From the IMG/VR virus record IMGVR_UViG_3300005281_000077, positions 1 through 27,904 of that record: DNA of 27,904 nt; one strand, 5' to 3'. Under the pieces are notes generated by a model. That model did not search any database, was not told the origin of the DNA, and worked only from the letters and a program-made list of their open reading frames with translations. Made by a program: the position numbers and the translations under genes. The DNA is from a virus (lineage: Duplodnaviria > Caudoviricetes). This document shows, one piece after another, positions 6,141-15,020 of this stretch (its first letter is position 1; every line of letters starts with the position of its first letter).

Positions 6141-6796
6141 TAGAAAATCACTAAGCCAGCCGTTTCGTCTTTATAAATTGTATAAGAAGAATCTTCCCCG
6201 CTAAAAGATTCTAATATAGTCAATAAGTTGCTGTCGAGTTCAATTTCATTTGGGTCATAATAAAATTTCACATTATTTATTTCAATAAAATTGTCATTCA
6301 TTAAGCCATCCTCATAAGCTTTAATTGTCTCTTTAATGAGGTCAACTTCATTTTTCCGCAACTGATCTATCGTGATATAAGCATTTTCTTTCCACGAATA
6401 TCCACCACTAAGTGATCTACCGTATGATTCACGCCATGAAACATGTTCATGATTGATATCAGATAGCTCTGACGCAGACAATTGTCCGAAAATTTCCTCG
6501 ACAGTTTGGAGAGTGTCAAGTTGTTCGCTTGTAAGGTCAATTTTTTGAGAAAGCGCTCTGATTACATAATTTTGAAAATCGTGATGGTAAGGTTGTCTAA
6601 CAGTTTCAACTACAGACCCGTGTCTAAACGCATAAATCGTATCGTCGAATAATGGCTCATCATATTTTGCGAGATGAACTAATTGGGAGAAATATAACAA
6701 CTTTTGCAATTTCATATTTCCATCGAATGTATTTCTGGGTGTATCGTAATTGTTTTTTATAAACCAATAGGCGAATGGTTGGGCACTTCGGTACAT
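6140..6796 (-). CDS. Panacea/SocA (DUF4065) antitoxin
   Basis: NMKLQKLLYFSQ...PLFDDTIYAFRHGSVV...LSASELSDINHEHVSW signature; SD AAGGAGG. Confidence 0.85.
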   Translation of the reverse strand: MYRSAQPFAYWFIKNNYDTPRNTFDGNMKLQKLLYFSQLVHLAKYDEPLFDDTIYAFRHGSVVETVRQPYHHDFQNYVIRALSQKIDLTSEQLDTLQTVEEIFGQLSASELSDINHEHVSWRESYGRSLSGGYSWKENAYITIDQLRKNEVDLIKETIKAYEDGLMNDNFIEINNVKFYYDPNEIELDSNLLTILESFSGEDSSYTIYKDETAGLVIF

Positions 6797-6855
6797 AACA
6801 CTTCCCTCCTTTCACCAATAATAACGCAATTTTACCAGTAGTCAATATCAAACTG

Positions 6856-6869
6856 AGAACACATGTTCC
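6856..6869. promoter_or_regulatory. LexA (Cheo/SOS) box
   Basis: AGAACACATGTTCC fits the Firmicutes GAAC-RNRY-GTTC pattern; ~60 bp upstream of the Panacea start. Confidence 0.6.
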
Positions 6870-6953
6870 TAATTTTGCAAATAATTTAAACCATTAATCG
6901 CAGCTTATTCTCCTTATTTCTGATTTGACAATAAATTAGTGAAGTTGCATGGC

Positions 6954-6982
6954 AAAAAGCCCGAGAGCCGAAGCCCCCGGGC
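6954..6982 (-). terminator. intrinsic terminator after the endolysin
   Basis: Minus strand GCCCGGGGGC-TTCG-GCTCTCGGGC-TTTTT. Confidence 0.8.
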
Positions 6983-6988
6983 CGATCA

Positions 6989-7885
6989 TTAGCGATAAAT
7001 AAACACCTTTTTGACCTCTCCGTTCCAGCTCACTCGCGCTCCCAGCAACTCAGCAGCCGCCCGTACGCCGACGTAAGTCACCCCGTCGATGATCTCGAAC
7101 ACGTCCACGACCTTGCCGTCCACGTATGGCAGCTTGGACTCATTATCCCAGTGGACCACCTTGCCGAGCGCCTCCCCGAGCTGCCGCAACGGTAAATAGA
7201 CGTGACCGTCAATCGCTCGACCGTAGCCTGCCAGCTTGTCGTTGACGACGACCTTGATGGTATCCTTTTCGTTGGTCTGCGGTGCGGCCGCCTGTGCCGG
7301 GTTCGTGTTCCACCAGCCTTCGCCGCCGTATGATTCGTTCAAGTCGACCGTCGCGTCGGCCAAGCTGACGCCGTTTTGATGCTGCCAGATGTTTGCGCGC
7401 GCCGACTTCCTGCCCCGGCTCCAGGCGTAGGTCTGCCAGAAATGCTTGGCGGCGCCGCGCCGGGCCATTTCCTCAATGACGGCATACGAGCCGTAAACGC
7501 CGACCCGATAGCCGGGGATCGCGGACGACGCGGCGCGCAGGTATGCCTCAATCGCGTCGTAGTCCTTGGGCTGCGCGTCGTAGTCCACGGCAAAATAGAT
7601 GGCCGTACCAAGAGGTTGTCCGATAGCGATAGCCTCTTTGAGTGCTTCGGAACCGTCTACGATCCCGGCCGCGCCGCCCCCCGCCGGCCGATTGGCGGTC
7701 GTCTCGAACACGCTGACAATCTGCATCCCGGCGGCCGTGATGGCCTCCGCCTCGCCCCTCGTCAGCCGCTTCCAGGCATAGCGCTCCGGCACCAGGTAAC
7801 GCGCCGCGAAGGTGTATCCGGCTGCGGCGATCGCTTTGGCCGTACTGGCGGTAAGCGGAAGCGCGCAATCGATGCCTTTAGTCAT
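6989..7885 (-). CDS. endolysin: DUF1906 (Rv2525c-like) glycoside hydrolase plus C-terminal stalk-like cell-binding repeats
   Basis: GIDC...FAARYL..KRLT..EA..I..IYFAVDYD..GVYGS..WQTYAWS; C-terminal YLPLRQLGEALG and YVGVRAAAELLG repeats; located in the lysis module. Confidence 0.85.
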   Translation of the reverse strand: MTKGIDCALPLTASTAKAIAAAGYTFAARYLVPERYAWKRLTRGEAEAITAAGMQIVSVFETTANRPAGGGAAGIVDGSEALKEAIAIGQPLGTAIYFAVDYDAQPKDYDAIEAYLRAASSAIPGYRVGVYGSYAVIEEMARRGAAKHFWQTYAWSRGRKSARANIWQHQNGVSLADATVDLNESYGGEGWWNTNPAQAAAPQTNEKDTIKVVVNDKLAGYGRAIDGHVYLPLRQLGEALGKVVHWDNESKLPYVDGKVVDVFEIIDGVTYVGVRAAAELLGARVSWNGEVKKVFIYR

Positions 7886-8204
7886 TGGTCACATCCCCCT
7901 TTCCCTTCCCACTCCCCGGCGGGTTCAGCGCCTTGTTCTGCATCTGGCCGGCTGCCGCCGCGACCAAGAAGCCGTTCGCCAGCGCCAGCGCGTACACCCG
8001 CCAGTCGCCCCCGTCGGCGCCTACGGCAAGCTGCGCGGCCGTCAGGATGGCCGTCGCGATCACAACTGCATACAGGTCTGTCGGCAGCCATTTGGCAAAG
8101 CGGTCAACAAGCCCCTTCGTATACTGCACGATCAGGTACGTCAACAAAGAAGCTCCCCCCATCGCGGAGAGAGCTTCCCAAGTGAAGAGTTGTCCGGATT
8201 CCAT
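7878..8204 (-). CDS. putative holin
   Basis: 108 aa with about three hydrophobic segments, directly upstream of the endolysin. Confidence 0.7.
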   Translation of the reverse strand: MESGQLFTWEALSAMGGASLLTYLIVQYTKGLVDRFAKWLPTDLYAVVIATAILTAAQLAVGADGGDWRVYALALANGFLVAAAAGQMQNKALNPPGSGKGKGDVTND

Positions 8205-8205
8205 A

Positions 8206-8538
8206 TTATGATCCGACTCCTTTCCAAAGTAATGCGATTGCGCCGCCGATCCCGCCGGTGATGATGGCTGCTATGACGGTACGCCACAACCATTTGATGT
8301 CATCTTGCACACTCTTGATTTGCGAAACGGTCTCGTCTATTCGGTGATGTGCGCTCTTAGCCCGCTGATCGGCATCCCTCGCAATGTCGTCGGACCGGTC
8401 TAGTTTTTCGACGAGTCGGTTAACGTTGGCCGTAAGCTCCGTTGTGGTGCGAACGGTGGCTTCCTGTAGGGCTTCGAGTCGCCCAAGCCTTCCTTCGATT
8501 TTTCCGAGCGCTTGCAGCTCTGTTGCGTCCATGCTCAA
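8206..8538 (-). CDS. XhlA-like holin-associated membrane protein
   Basis: Coiled coil, AKSAHHRID motif, then KWLWRT and a C-terminal TM helix; start may be ATG 8532. Confidence 0.75.
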   Translation of the reverse strand: MSMDATELQALGKIEGRLGRLEALQEATVRTTTELTANVNRLVEKLDRSDDIARDADQRAKSAHHRIDETVSQIKSVQDDIKWLWRTVIAAIITGGIGGAIALLWKGVGS

Positions 8539-8685
8539 GCTCTCACCCCCATTAAGAATGCTTTAAAAGTCCTACAAGGCGGAAAAGATCGGGACCAATC
8601 ACGGCTTCGATTTACCAAGTGCCTGTAAATCTGCTCCGCTATATTCTTAATGTCTTCTCCGATCCTAATTTCCACACCGCCAAAA

Positions 8686-8799
8686 CTATCCGGTCGCCTT
8701 TGTGGCGGACGCATTTTTTAATTCTTCCCGAACGATCTCTCTAATCATTTCTGTCGTGTCGGGATCCAACTTGACTACACCTCTAATCGATTCCGCCAT
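8686..8799 (-). CDS. small hypothetical protein (37 aa, possibly a frameshifted remnant)
   Basis: SD GGAGGTG; MAESIRGVVKLDPDTTEMIREIVREELKNASATKATG. Confidence 0.4.
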   Translation of the reverse strand: MAESIRGVVKLDPDTTEMIREIVREELKNASATKATG

Positions 8800-8825
8800 C
8801 CCGTTCACACCTCCATAACATAAAC

Positions 8826-8852
8826 AAGGTAATTTCTAGCATTTTGTCGAAT
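8826..8852 (+). promoter_or_regulatory. sigma-H-like promoter of a moron gene
   Basis: AAGGTAAT-N12-GTCGAAT resembles RNAGGAWWW-N11/12-RNNGAAT. Confidence 0.35.
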
Positions 8853-8882
8853 GTTCATCTCTGGGCAAATCCGTACGAAGGA

Positions 8883-9128
8883 GTGATTAATCTGTCGAGA
8901 ATTAACGTAGAGGAAATAGCGTCAAAAATTGCGCCGAAATTGGAAGATCAATACTTATCTGACTTAAAAAAGCTTGTTGTTGATGCCACCCATGAAGCAA
9001 ATGACATCGTCCACAAAGAATCATTGCTTCTCTCTGGTGTAGCAACGAGCCTGAAAAATCATATTGAACGCTTTACCGTCGAACTTGTTCAGGCTGTTGT
9101 TGATCGGCTGGAATCCGAGAAGAATTGA
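8883..9128 (+). CDS. hypothetical moron protein
   Basis: SD AAGGAG at 8878-8883; start uncertain (GTG 8883 or CTG 8892); ~80 aa, helical, AT-rich. Confidence 0.55.
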   Translation: MINLSRINVEEIASKIAPKLEDQYLSDLKKLVVDATHEANDIVHKESLLLSGVATSLKNHIERFTVELVQAVVDRLESEKN

Positions 9129-9285
9129 GGACCAGATTATAAACCTCTTTGGCAATGGCGAGCGCTTGCCCACCGTTCGCCTTCTTTTCCTCGGCCAATT
9201 CCTTTTCGATCCGCTCAACACGTTCTTTAAGCGATGCGATTTCATCGACAATAATTTTGAACGCGCTTTTTTCTTGGTATTCCAT
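9073..9285 (-). CDS. small coiled-coil hypothetical protein
   Basis: SD GGGGTGA; 70 aa; its 3' end overlaps the convergent gene. Confidence 0.5.
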   Translation of the reverse strand: MEYQEKSAFKIIVDEIASLKERVERIEKELAEEKKANGGQALAIAKEVYNLVLNSSRIPADQQQPEQVRR

Positions 9286-9301
9286 CGTTCTTTCACCCCC
9301 A

Positions 9302-9332
9302 ACACAAAAACCCGAAACCTGCCGGCTCGGGT
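9302..9332 (-). terminator. intrinsic terminator between the tail and lysis modules
   Basis: Minus strand ACCCGAGCC-GGCA-GGTTTCGGGT-TTTTGTGTT. Confidence 0.6.
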
Positions 9333-9372
9333 CGTGGTATAATATAGTAAAAACATCAAGGAGATGATCCCC

Positions 9373-9918
9373 TTGAAACAGTTGCGGACCATCATCGTCA
9401 GCATGCTAGCCGGCGCGCTGTTGGCGACCGCCGGAACGACTTTCGGCGCGGAGGCATACAAGAAGATTTCCGCCACGCTGCGGCCGGACCTTGCCGTTAA
9501 GGTGGACGGCGAGAAGGTAAAATTGCAAAACGCACCATTAACATATAACGGCACCACCTATGTACCACTGCGCGAAGCAGGGCAGATTTTAGGAGCAACG
9601 GTTGGCTACAATGCCGGGACCATTACGATTGATTCAAAGGAGGCAAGCAAAGTGAACGAAACGACGACGGAAACGGGTTGGATTACATTGCAAGAACTGA
9701 GTAAGCATGTAGATTCGATAACCCTTGGAGGAAATGATCTCGCCCTTACCATTAAAAAGGGAAACACAACAATAGAGGTCGAGCAATTTAAGCGTCCAGC
9801 TCAAGGAAGTGAGGTAAGTTTCCAGGTAACAGGTGGTGGTGAGTTAAGAGCTAAGTTTCTACAATACGAAACCCAACTCTCCGTTGAAGACCTCACCAAC
9901 TTAGGGGTAAGTTTTTAA
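9373..9918 (+). CDS. secreted stalk-domain (copper amine oxidase N-terminal-like) moron protein
   Basis: Extended -10 TGGTATAAT (9335-9343); SD AAGGAG; signal peptide; PLTYNGTTYVPLREAGQILGATVGY motif; TTG 9373 is better spaced than ATG 9364. Confidence 0.8.
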   Translation: MKQLRTIIVSMLAGALLATAGTTFGAEAYKKISATLRPDLAVKVDGEKVKLQNAPLTYNGTTYVPLREAGQILGATVGYNAGTITIDSKEASKVNETTTETGWITLQELSKHVDSITLGGNDLALTIKKGNTTIEVEQFKRPAQGSEVSFQVTGGGELRAKFLQYETQLSVEDLTNLGVSF

Positions 9919-11861
9919 AAATTCCCGCCACCTTGACTACTGATGAATATTTGCTCGACAACTGACGCAACAACTCGCCCCAAACTATTCGGGGCGATTT
10001 TTATTTCTGCCCATCGTCCCCGCTGGATTTTTCCAGACCCGTCCTTCGCTAAATACGGAATGATATCGATTTCCTGCGCACTCGTCCCCAATCCCGTAAC
10101 GGCATTCCCGTCTACCGTCACGGTAACCGCCGTCGGTGTCGGGCCTTCGTAAATGCCGAATTCAATCCCATGTGTATGAGATGGTATTTGGTGTGTATGA
10201 TCCATACCGTGTGTATGTGGCATATCATGTGTATGTTCCATTTGATGTGTATGGTCCATTCCGTGGACGTGATCTGGAAGGGTAAATTCGTGGCGATGTC
10301 CTACTATTCCGTGTCTATGCTGACCGGACGCTGACCATGTTACTGCTCCACCGCCAACAGTTGCTAATTGCGTGCCATCCGGGATTCCGTGATTATGCAA
10401 ACCGGTCATTTCTGTTGCTTCCGGCGCCCCAAAATCGAAGTCCAGACGCCATATTTCATCCCCCGTTGATGTGTCTACCAATCCGCCTCCTGCAGCCGTT
10501 GTTGTTCTGCTACTCGGCCCCGACGTGGTTCTGCTGCTTGGCCCGGTCGTCGTGATGCTACTCGGCCCTGTTGTTGTGATACTGCTGGGACCGCTCGTGG
10601 TGGCCGGGGCTGACTCGATCGCCCGTTCATACGCTCTAAACGGCTGACACTCATAGGACAACATGACCTTGTTAATTCGCACCGCCTCTTGCGGAATCCA
10701 AAACCGCAGCACGGCCGGATGATCCGGATCGCAGTTGTCCGCGAAGTCATGGGTATTGATGTTGGTAGCTCCCTGTGCATAGACCTCGCTGATCCGCTGG
10801 CGGTTCGCCAGGTCCGCAATCGTGTCCGCGATATTAACAGACTTGTTTGCGATTTCAAGCTCCACGTCTCCCGGGGATCCCATCACATCCCGGCGACGCC
10901 GATTAACCACCCGAGCAACGATATCGATACCCATTTCCGAGTCTTGCACGCGGACCAGCGTGCCGACCCTGAACCGATCAATCGGGTCGTTTGTGATGGC
11001 ATAAAGCTCCGAGGCATCGACCGTATAGGTGACCTGTGGCACCTGCAGCTGTTCCAGCATGGATTGAGCGTATGCTTTCAGCGTCTCCGGGTTAGTAAAT
11101 CGCTGATCGACCAGGATGCGCGTGATGATCCCGTATTGCGCCTGCGTCGGTGCGTCCAGGTACGGCACGCCGCCGTTGACTTCGGCGATCGTGAGCTGGT
11201 TGACGCCCTCCCCATAACCCAGCGGGTAAATCCGCGTGCAGATTTGCGTCGGGTCTGTCATTTTGGTAATGCCTTGAAGGTTGACGCCATACCGGATACG
11301 CGCCTCTTCGCCCGCCGGCGGCACTACGAGGTTAAGCGTCCACGGGTAAGTGCTGGTGTCCCAGGTCCACATATATTCGTCCGTAAACGGCTTGGGAACG
11401 CTGAACAAAGCCCCAAGGAGCGACTCGTTTTCCCACGTGTATTCGAACTGCCTCGTGAAATCGACTCTCCCAATCCGCCAGCGCTGAACCGTTTGGCGTT
11501 GCAGGATATAGGACAGCACGTCGGCCGTGTAGGTCCCAAGGTTGCCTACCGTATGGAATTGGAACAGCACATCGTCCAGCAGCGTCCCCAGGACGTGCTC
11601 CAACTGGTAGGTAACGGTCTGTCCATCGCGGCTCCTTTCCATTGTGTTCGGGACGATCCGGAAGAGGTCAACCCGTTCGGCCCCGTCGTATAGCTCCACA
11701 AAATATAATGGCTTGCACTCGGCATTTTTCGGGTCGTTGGCCGGCAAGCTGAATTCCGCCCGCCAGAGGCTGTTCAGCGGTTGCTCGTAGCCGATCCCGA
11801 AGGCATTTTCAAGGTACGCAACCTTTCGCATATTAAGGTCGTAAACCGTCGTTACATTCAC
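9915..11861 (-). CDS. tail spike / Tal-like (prophage endopeptidase tail) protein with HxH needle
   Basis: SD GAGGTG and GTG at 11861; ICTRIYPLGYGEG motif; C-terminal TTxGPSS and HTHxM repeats. Confidence 0.85.
   Translation of the reverse strand: MNVTTVYDLNMRKVAYLENAFGIGYEQPLNSLWRAEFSLPANDPKNAECKPLYFVELYDGAERVDLFRIVPNTMERSRDGQTVTYQLEHVLGTLLDDVLFQFHTVGNLGTYTADVLSYILQRQTVQRWRIGRVDFTRQFEYTWENESLLGALFSVPKPFTDEYMWTWDTSTYPWTLNLVVPPAGEEARIRYGVNLQGITKMTDPTQICTRIYPLGYGEGVNQLTIAEVNGGVPYLDAPTQAQYGIITRILVDQRFTNPETLKAYAQSMLEQLQVPQVTYTVDASELYAITNDPIDRFRVGTLVRVQDSEMGIDIVARVVNRRRRDVMGSPGDVELEIANKSVNIADTIADLANRQRISEVYAQGATNINTHDFADNCDPDHPAVLRFWIPQEAVRINKVMLSYECQPFRAYERAIESAPATTSGPSSITTTGPSSITTTGPSSRTTSGPSSRTTTAAGGGLVDTSTGDEIWRLDFDFGAPEATEMTGLHNHGIPDGTQLATVGGGAVTWSASGQHRHGIVGHRHEFTLPDHVHGMDHTHQMEHTHDMPHTHGMDHTHQIPSHTHGIEFGIYEGPTPTAVTVTVDGNAVTGLGTSAQEIDIIPYLAKDGSGKIQRGRWAEIKIAPNSLGRVVASVVEQIFISSQGGGNF
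10170..10271 (-). repeat. 18-bp/6-aa HxHxMx tandem repeats
   Basis: HVHGMD HTHQME HTHDMP HTHGMD HTHQIPS HTH in the translation. Confidence 0.85.
10497..10601 (-). repeat. four 24-bp/8-aa TTxGPSS(I/R) tandem repeats
   Basis: TTSGPSSI TTTGPSSI TTTGPSSR TTSGPSSR in the translation. Confidence 0.85.
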
Positions 11862-11871
11862 ACTGCACACC

Positions 11872-12390
11872 TCACACGAATTTATCCCTGTAAGTGATCC
11901 GTACCAGTACGCTTCGGCCCGTCGCGGTATCCGTATACGTGATGACGTTGTCTCCGAGGTTGAGGCCAAAGAAGTCGCCCGACATTTGACTGAGGATATT
12001 GACGCCGTTTTTCCGGATCGTCAATCGGCCGTTATCAATGACGATCTTCTCACCGGGCGCAAACGGACCGTTCACCGTAATGCTCTCTACATGAAACCGG
12101 CTGCCGTTGGCTCGCAAGAAGCCTTCTCCGTCCATTTTGGCGCCGAACATCCTCTCCCGAATAAACTCGGCTGTCAGTTCTCCCTCGCCCGCCATGGTCG
12201 CTGCGGCCACGATCTCTCGGATAAAATCGGCCGTCAACTCGCCTTCGCCGGACATCGTAATGGTGGCAGCGTATTCGGCGCTCGGGGAGGCTATCAATTC
12301 CCCTTCGCCGGCCATGGTGGCGGAGAAAAACACTTCGACCGTATAAGGCCGGTTGAACGTGGAGCGATTGAAAAACGATCGGTTAAACAT
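11872..12390 (-). CDS. minor tail protein with MxGEGEL repeats
   Basis: Four MxGEG repeats; C-terminal GDFFGLNLGDNVITY resembles siphophage tail-component C-termini. Confidence 0.7.
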   Translation of the reverse strand: MFNRSFFNRSTFNRPYTVEVFFSATMAGEGELIASPSAEYAATITMSGEGELTADFIREIVAAATMAGEGELTAEFIRERMFGAKMDGEGFLRANGSRFHVESITVNGPFAPGEKIVIDNGRLTIRKNGVNILSQMSGDFFGLNLGDNVITYTDTATGRSVLVRITYRDKFV

Positions 12391-12401
12391 GGGGCACCCC
12401 C

Positions 12402-12431
12402 AATAAAAAGGCCCCGCTATTCAGCGGAGCC
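12402..12431 (-). terminator. internal terminator-like hairpin after xkdX
   Basis: GGCTCCGC-TGAATA-GCGGGGCC-TTTTTATT. Confidence 0.6.
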
Positions 12432-12560
12432 GTATTCTTCGCCCGTTATTTGCGCATATTCTTCCGGCGTGATTACACCGTATTGGACATACTGACGCAG
12501 CTGCGGCTTCTTGGCCCAGCCTTTGCTGTAGTAGTATTGGATGCGCTCAAAATCGCTCAC
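12417..12560 (-). CDS. xkdX: XkdX family protein (47 aa; absent from the ORF track)
   Basis: MSDFERIQYYYSKGWAKKPQLRQYVQYGVITPEEYAQITGEEY; GTGA overlap with the upstream gene. Confidence 0.8.
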   Translation of the reverse strand: MSDFERIQYYYSKGWAKKPQLRQYVQYGVITPEEYAQITGEEYGSAE

Positions 12561-12922
12561 GCCCCTGCACCCCCTTCCAGCGCCAGCAAACGCAGCTCCA
12601 AGTCAACAATCTGCTGGCCGAGCATTTGGTTTTCGGTGCGCAGTTCCAGGGCTTCGAGCTCGCGCTGCACGAGTTGTTCACCGATGATTTCGAGTTCTGA
12701 CGGCGGCGGGGGCGGCAACGATGCCAGCTCCTCGGCTATCTCCTCTTCAGTCTTTGCGCGGATTGTCTCGCCATCAAGTTTATATCTGCTGGCGTCCACG
12801 CTGTACTCTTGCCACTCTTCGATCGTTATCGGCACTGCCGACTCTGGTATGTTTTGGTGGATCTCATCAATGTAAAATCCGGCGATATTGCCGTCATCTT
12901 TAAAATCAACAAAGTATTGCAC
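12557..12922 (-). CDS. tail fibre assembly/chaperone-like protein
   Basis: SD AAAGGAGG and GTG at 12922; GFY...IPESAVPITIEEW, PPPPP linker and coiled coil; follows the fibre gene. Confidence 0.65.
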   Translation of the reverse strand: MQYFVDFKDDGNIAGFYIDEIHQNIPESAVPITIEEWQEYSVDASRYKLDGETIRAKTEEEIAEELASLPPPPPSELEIIGEQLVQRELEALELRTENQMLGQQIVDLELRLLALEGGAGA

Positions 12923-12939
12923 GGTATTTGTTCCTCCTT

Positions 12940-14022
12940 TTAAACCCACCCTATGGCCATCCATCTAAATCTAACATTGCCGCCGAGAGAATTTCTGAGT
13001 TGAAACTGGGTGTTTGAGGTGCTGCTATCCACTATACTGACTGCATCAGGGTAGTCCATTGTAACGCCTACTATTTGTGGGATACAGTTGGCAGCGAAGG
13101 CAATTGGGTATGTTATTGTTTTAGTTTCGCTCGCACTCAATACTGACGTACCCCACTGTAATAGGAACCCATTCGCCAATTTTTGATACCCAACATTTGA
13201 TTTTGTCACGGGTGAATTTCCGGCGTCGAAGATTATATTTTCATATCTTTTAAGGCTAAATGCATAAAAATTAAGGTCGGCTTCCCCGACAGTTGTAGTT
13301 CCCCCAAACGCAATAATACGTGCGTCGTAATCAATGTTATTTCCGCTTGAATGAAAATCAATATATGGAGTATCGGATTTATTTCTAAGACCTACTTCTA
13401 TGCTGGCTCTAGCGTCAATGGGCCCATTGAACGTTTGGATAGCTGAAAAGTTATTATCTACATTGGTTTTGGCCATGTTAGCGTCCTTGGCATCAACGTA
13501 CCGCTTAGTAGCGGCGTCATCGTCGGATACGGGGTCCGTGACCTTGGCTCGGCCAGATGTGTCTCGCTGCATGAGCGTGCTGGCCGTGGCTGCCGGCGTA
13601 GCCTCATCCAGTTTGGCCTTGTCCGCCGCACTCATGAACCCCGATGCTACCGCCGTAGCCACAGCGTGCGCCGAACCGCCAGAGCCGATGTGCGCAGCAA
13701 GCCGGTTTTCATGGTCAGCGATATTGCTCCGAAACGTGTCATGATCATAGGCCGTAAACATCCGAGCGACTTTGGCCCCCGCCGTCCACGCCTTGGCCGT
13801 CCCCTGAAATCCCCTCGTCACGCCCGACAGCTCGTTGCCGTCCTTGACGGTGTATAAGATCGTCTCGGCCGTCTCGTCGCTGCCGATCGTCGCCAGATTG
13901 GGAGCGTCCGGCAAGGCTGTGCCGTTGAGTACCGTTATGGATGTGGCCGATGCGTCGATGTCCGCCGCCAGTTCGGTTTGCGGGCTGTTGACGATTGCCG
14001 GGTACATAGGTTGTTGTGCCAT
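12940..14022 (-). CDS. tail fibre / receptor-binding protein
   Basis: GFMSAADKAKLD, DAATKRYVD, YIDFHSSG..DYDARI and GYQKLANGFLLQWG (gp53-like) fibre motifs. Confidence 0.8.
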   Translation of the reverse strand: MAQQPMYPAIVNSPQTELAADIDASATSITVLNGTALPDAPNLATIGSDETAETILYTVKDGNELSGVTRGFQGTAKAWTAGAKVARMFTAYDHDTFRSNIADHENRLAAHIGSGGSAHAVATAVASGFMSAADKAKLDEATPAATASTLMQRDTSGRAKVTDPVSDDDAATKRYVDAKDANMAKTNVDNNFSAIQTFNGPIDARASIEVGLRNKSDTPYIDFHSSGNNIDYDARIIAFGGTTTVGEADLNFYAFSLKRYENIIFDAGNSPVTKSNVGYQKLANGFLLQWGTSVLSASETKTITYPIAFAANCIPQIVGVTMDYPDAVSIVDSSTSNTQFQLRNSLGGNVRFRWMAIGWV

Positions 14023-14039
14023 TTTATTGCGTCACCGCC

Positions 14040-14441
14040 TTAATTGAGAGATAGAGAGAGCGAGTTGGCCTGGAATTTGAAAACATCGTTTTTGAGGATG
14101 CTCCTGGGGTTGTCCACCGCACCATAAAACAGTAGATTGCCCCCCGTGGCCGCGTCCCGGATGCCGACATGCGTAATCGTGCCCCAGTCGGCGGACGCGG
14201 CCGGAAAGGCGATCTCTGCCGAATTGCTGATCGTCTGTTTTCCGTTGACGCTGGTCGGTGCTCCAAACGTGACCGCCTGCCGCGCATAATCGCCGCCAGA
14301 GACTTCCGTGCCGGTGTCCGCCGCCGTTGGGTTGGACGTATACAACGCCACGTAGACCGTCGTCGGGCGGGTGTAGGCGGTGTTCCGGAACACCTGATTG
14401 AGCAGCGCGTTTGCCAGATAATTGCTGACTGCGAGTGCCAT
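14040..14441 (-). CDS. minor tail/baseplate protein
   Basis: YVALYTSNPT..GTEVSGGDYARQ...WGTITH.GI.DAATGGN.L motif, typical of siphophage tail modules. Confidence 0.75.
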   Translation of the reverse strand: MALAVSNYLANALLNQVFRNTAYTRPTTVYVALYTSNPTAADTGTEVSGGDYARQAVTFGAPTSVNGKQTISNSAEIAFPAASADWGTITHVGIRDAATGGNLLFYGAVDNPRSILKNDVFKFQANSLSLSLN

Positions 14442-14453
14442 GATCGACCACTC

Positions 14454-15020
14454 CTATTCGATTTGATATTCAGTCGAAAGTGTAAACTGGTTGATCGTCG
14501 TCGTGCCGTTGTTGGTTAGCTCGATGACGGGGGACGTGAGGATGTCACCATCCGAACGTATGTTGATCACCGTAGGCGAGGCGGTTATCGTTTGCTCCGT
14601 AATGCGCTCGTCGCCATACGCATAAGGTTCGAAGGCGACAAGCGGAAGCGTAAATCTCCCGAGCCCAATGATCCGGTCGATTTCAAGCGATCCGGAATAA
14701 CGGACCTGATAATGCCGATCGGGCCGGGTGTCGAACGTCAATTCTAATGTCCGCGGCTTGCCGTACCGGTCCACCATGAGAGCCGCCAACCTTTCGATGG
14801 CCATTTGCAAAGCCACCGCATTTTGCTCGATCAGCGCGCAATCAAGATTGAATGGCCTTGTCCCTACGTCCGCCCCAAAGTCCCAGGCTCCATTACGCCC
14901 GGGGATGGAGATGGTCCGGTCCACGGTCGGCGGGAGGATGGGGCGCTTCGACGTGCCGATCATAATGATGCCAAGTTCTTTGGCCGGCACACCGCCAAGA
15001 GTAAACCCTCCGTTAATCAT
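14454..15020 (-). CDS. distal tail protein (Dit)
   Basis: Directly after the tape measure gene; SIPGRNGAW, LTFDTRPDRHY and EPYAY motifs. Confidence 0.85.
   Translation of the reverse strand: MINGGFTLGGVPAKELGIIMIGTSKRPILPPTVDRTISIPGRNGAWDFGADVGTRPFNLDCALIEQNAVALQMAIERLAALMVDRYGKPRTLELTFDTRPDRHYQVRYSGSLEIDRIIGLGRFTLPLVAFEPYAYGDERITEQTITASPTVINIRSDGDILTSPVIELTNNGTTTINQFTLSTEYQIE

Noticed and set aside
9915-14022. Diversity-generating retroelement or invertible fibre cassette
   Set aside because: No reverse transcriptase, invertase or template/variable repeat pair seen.
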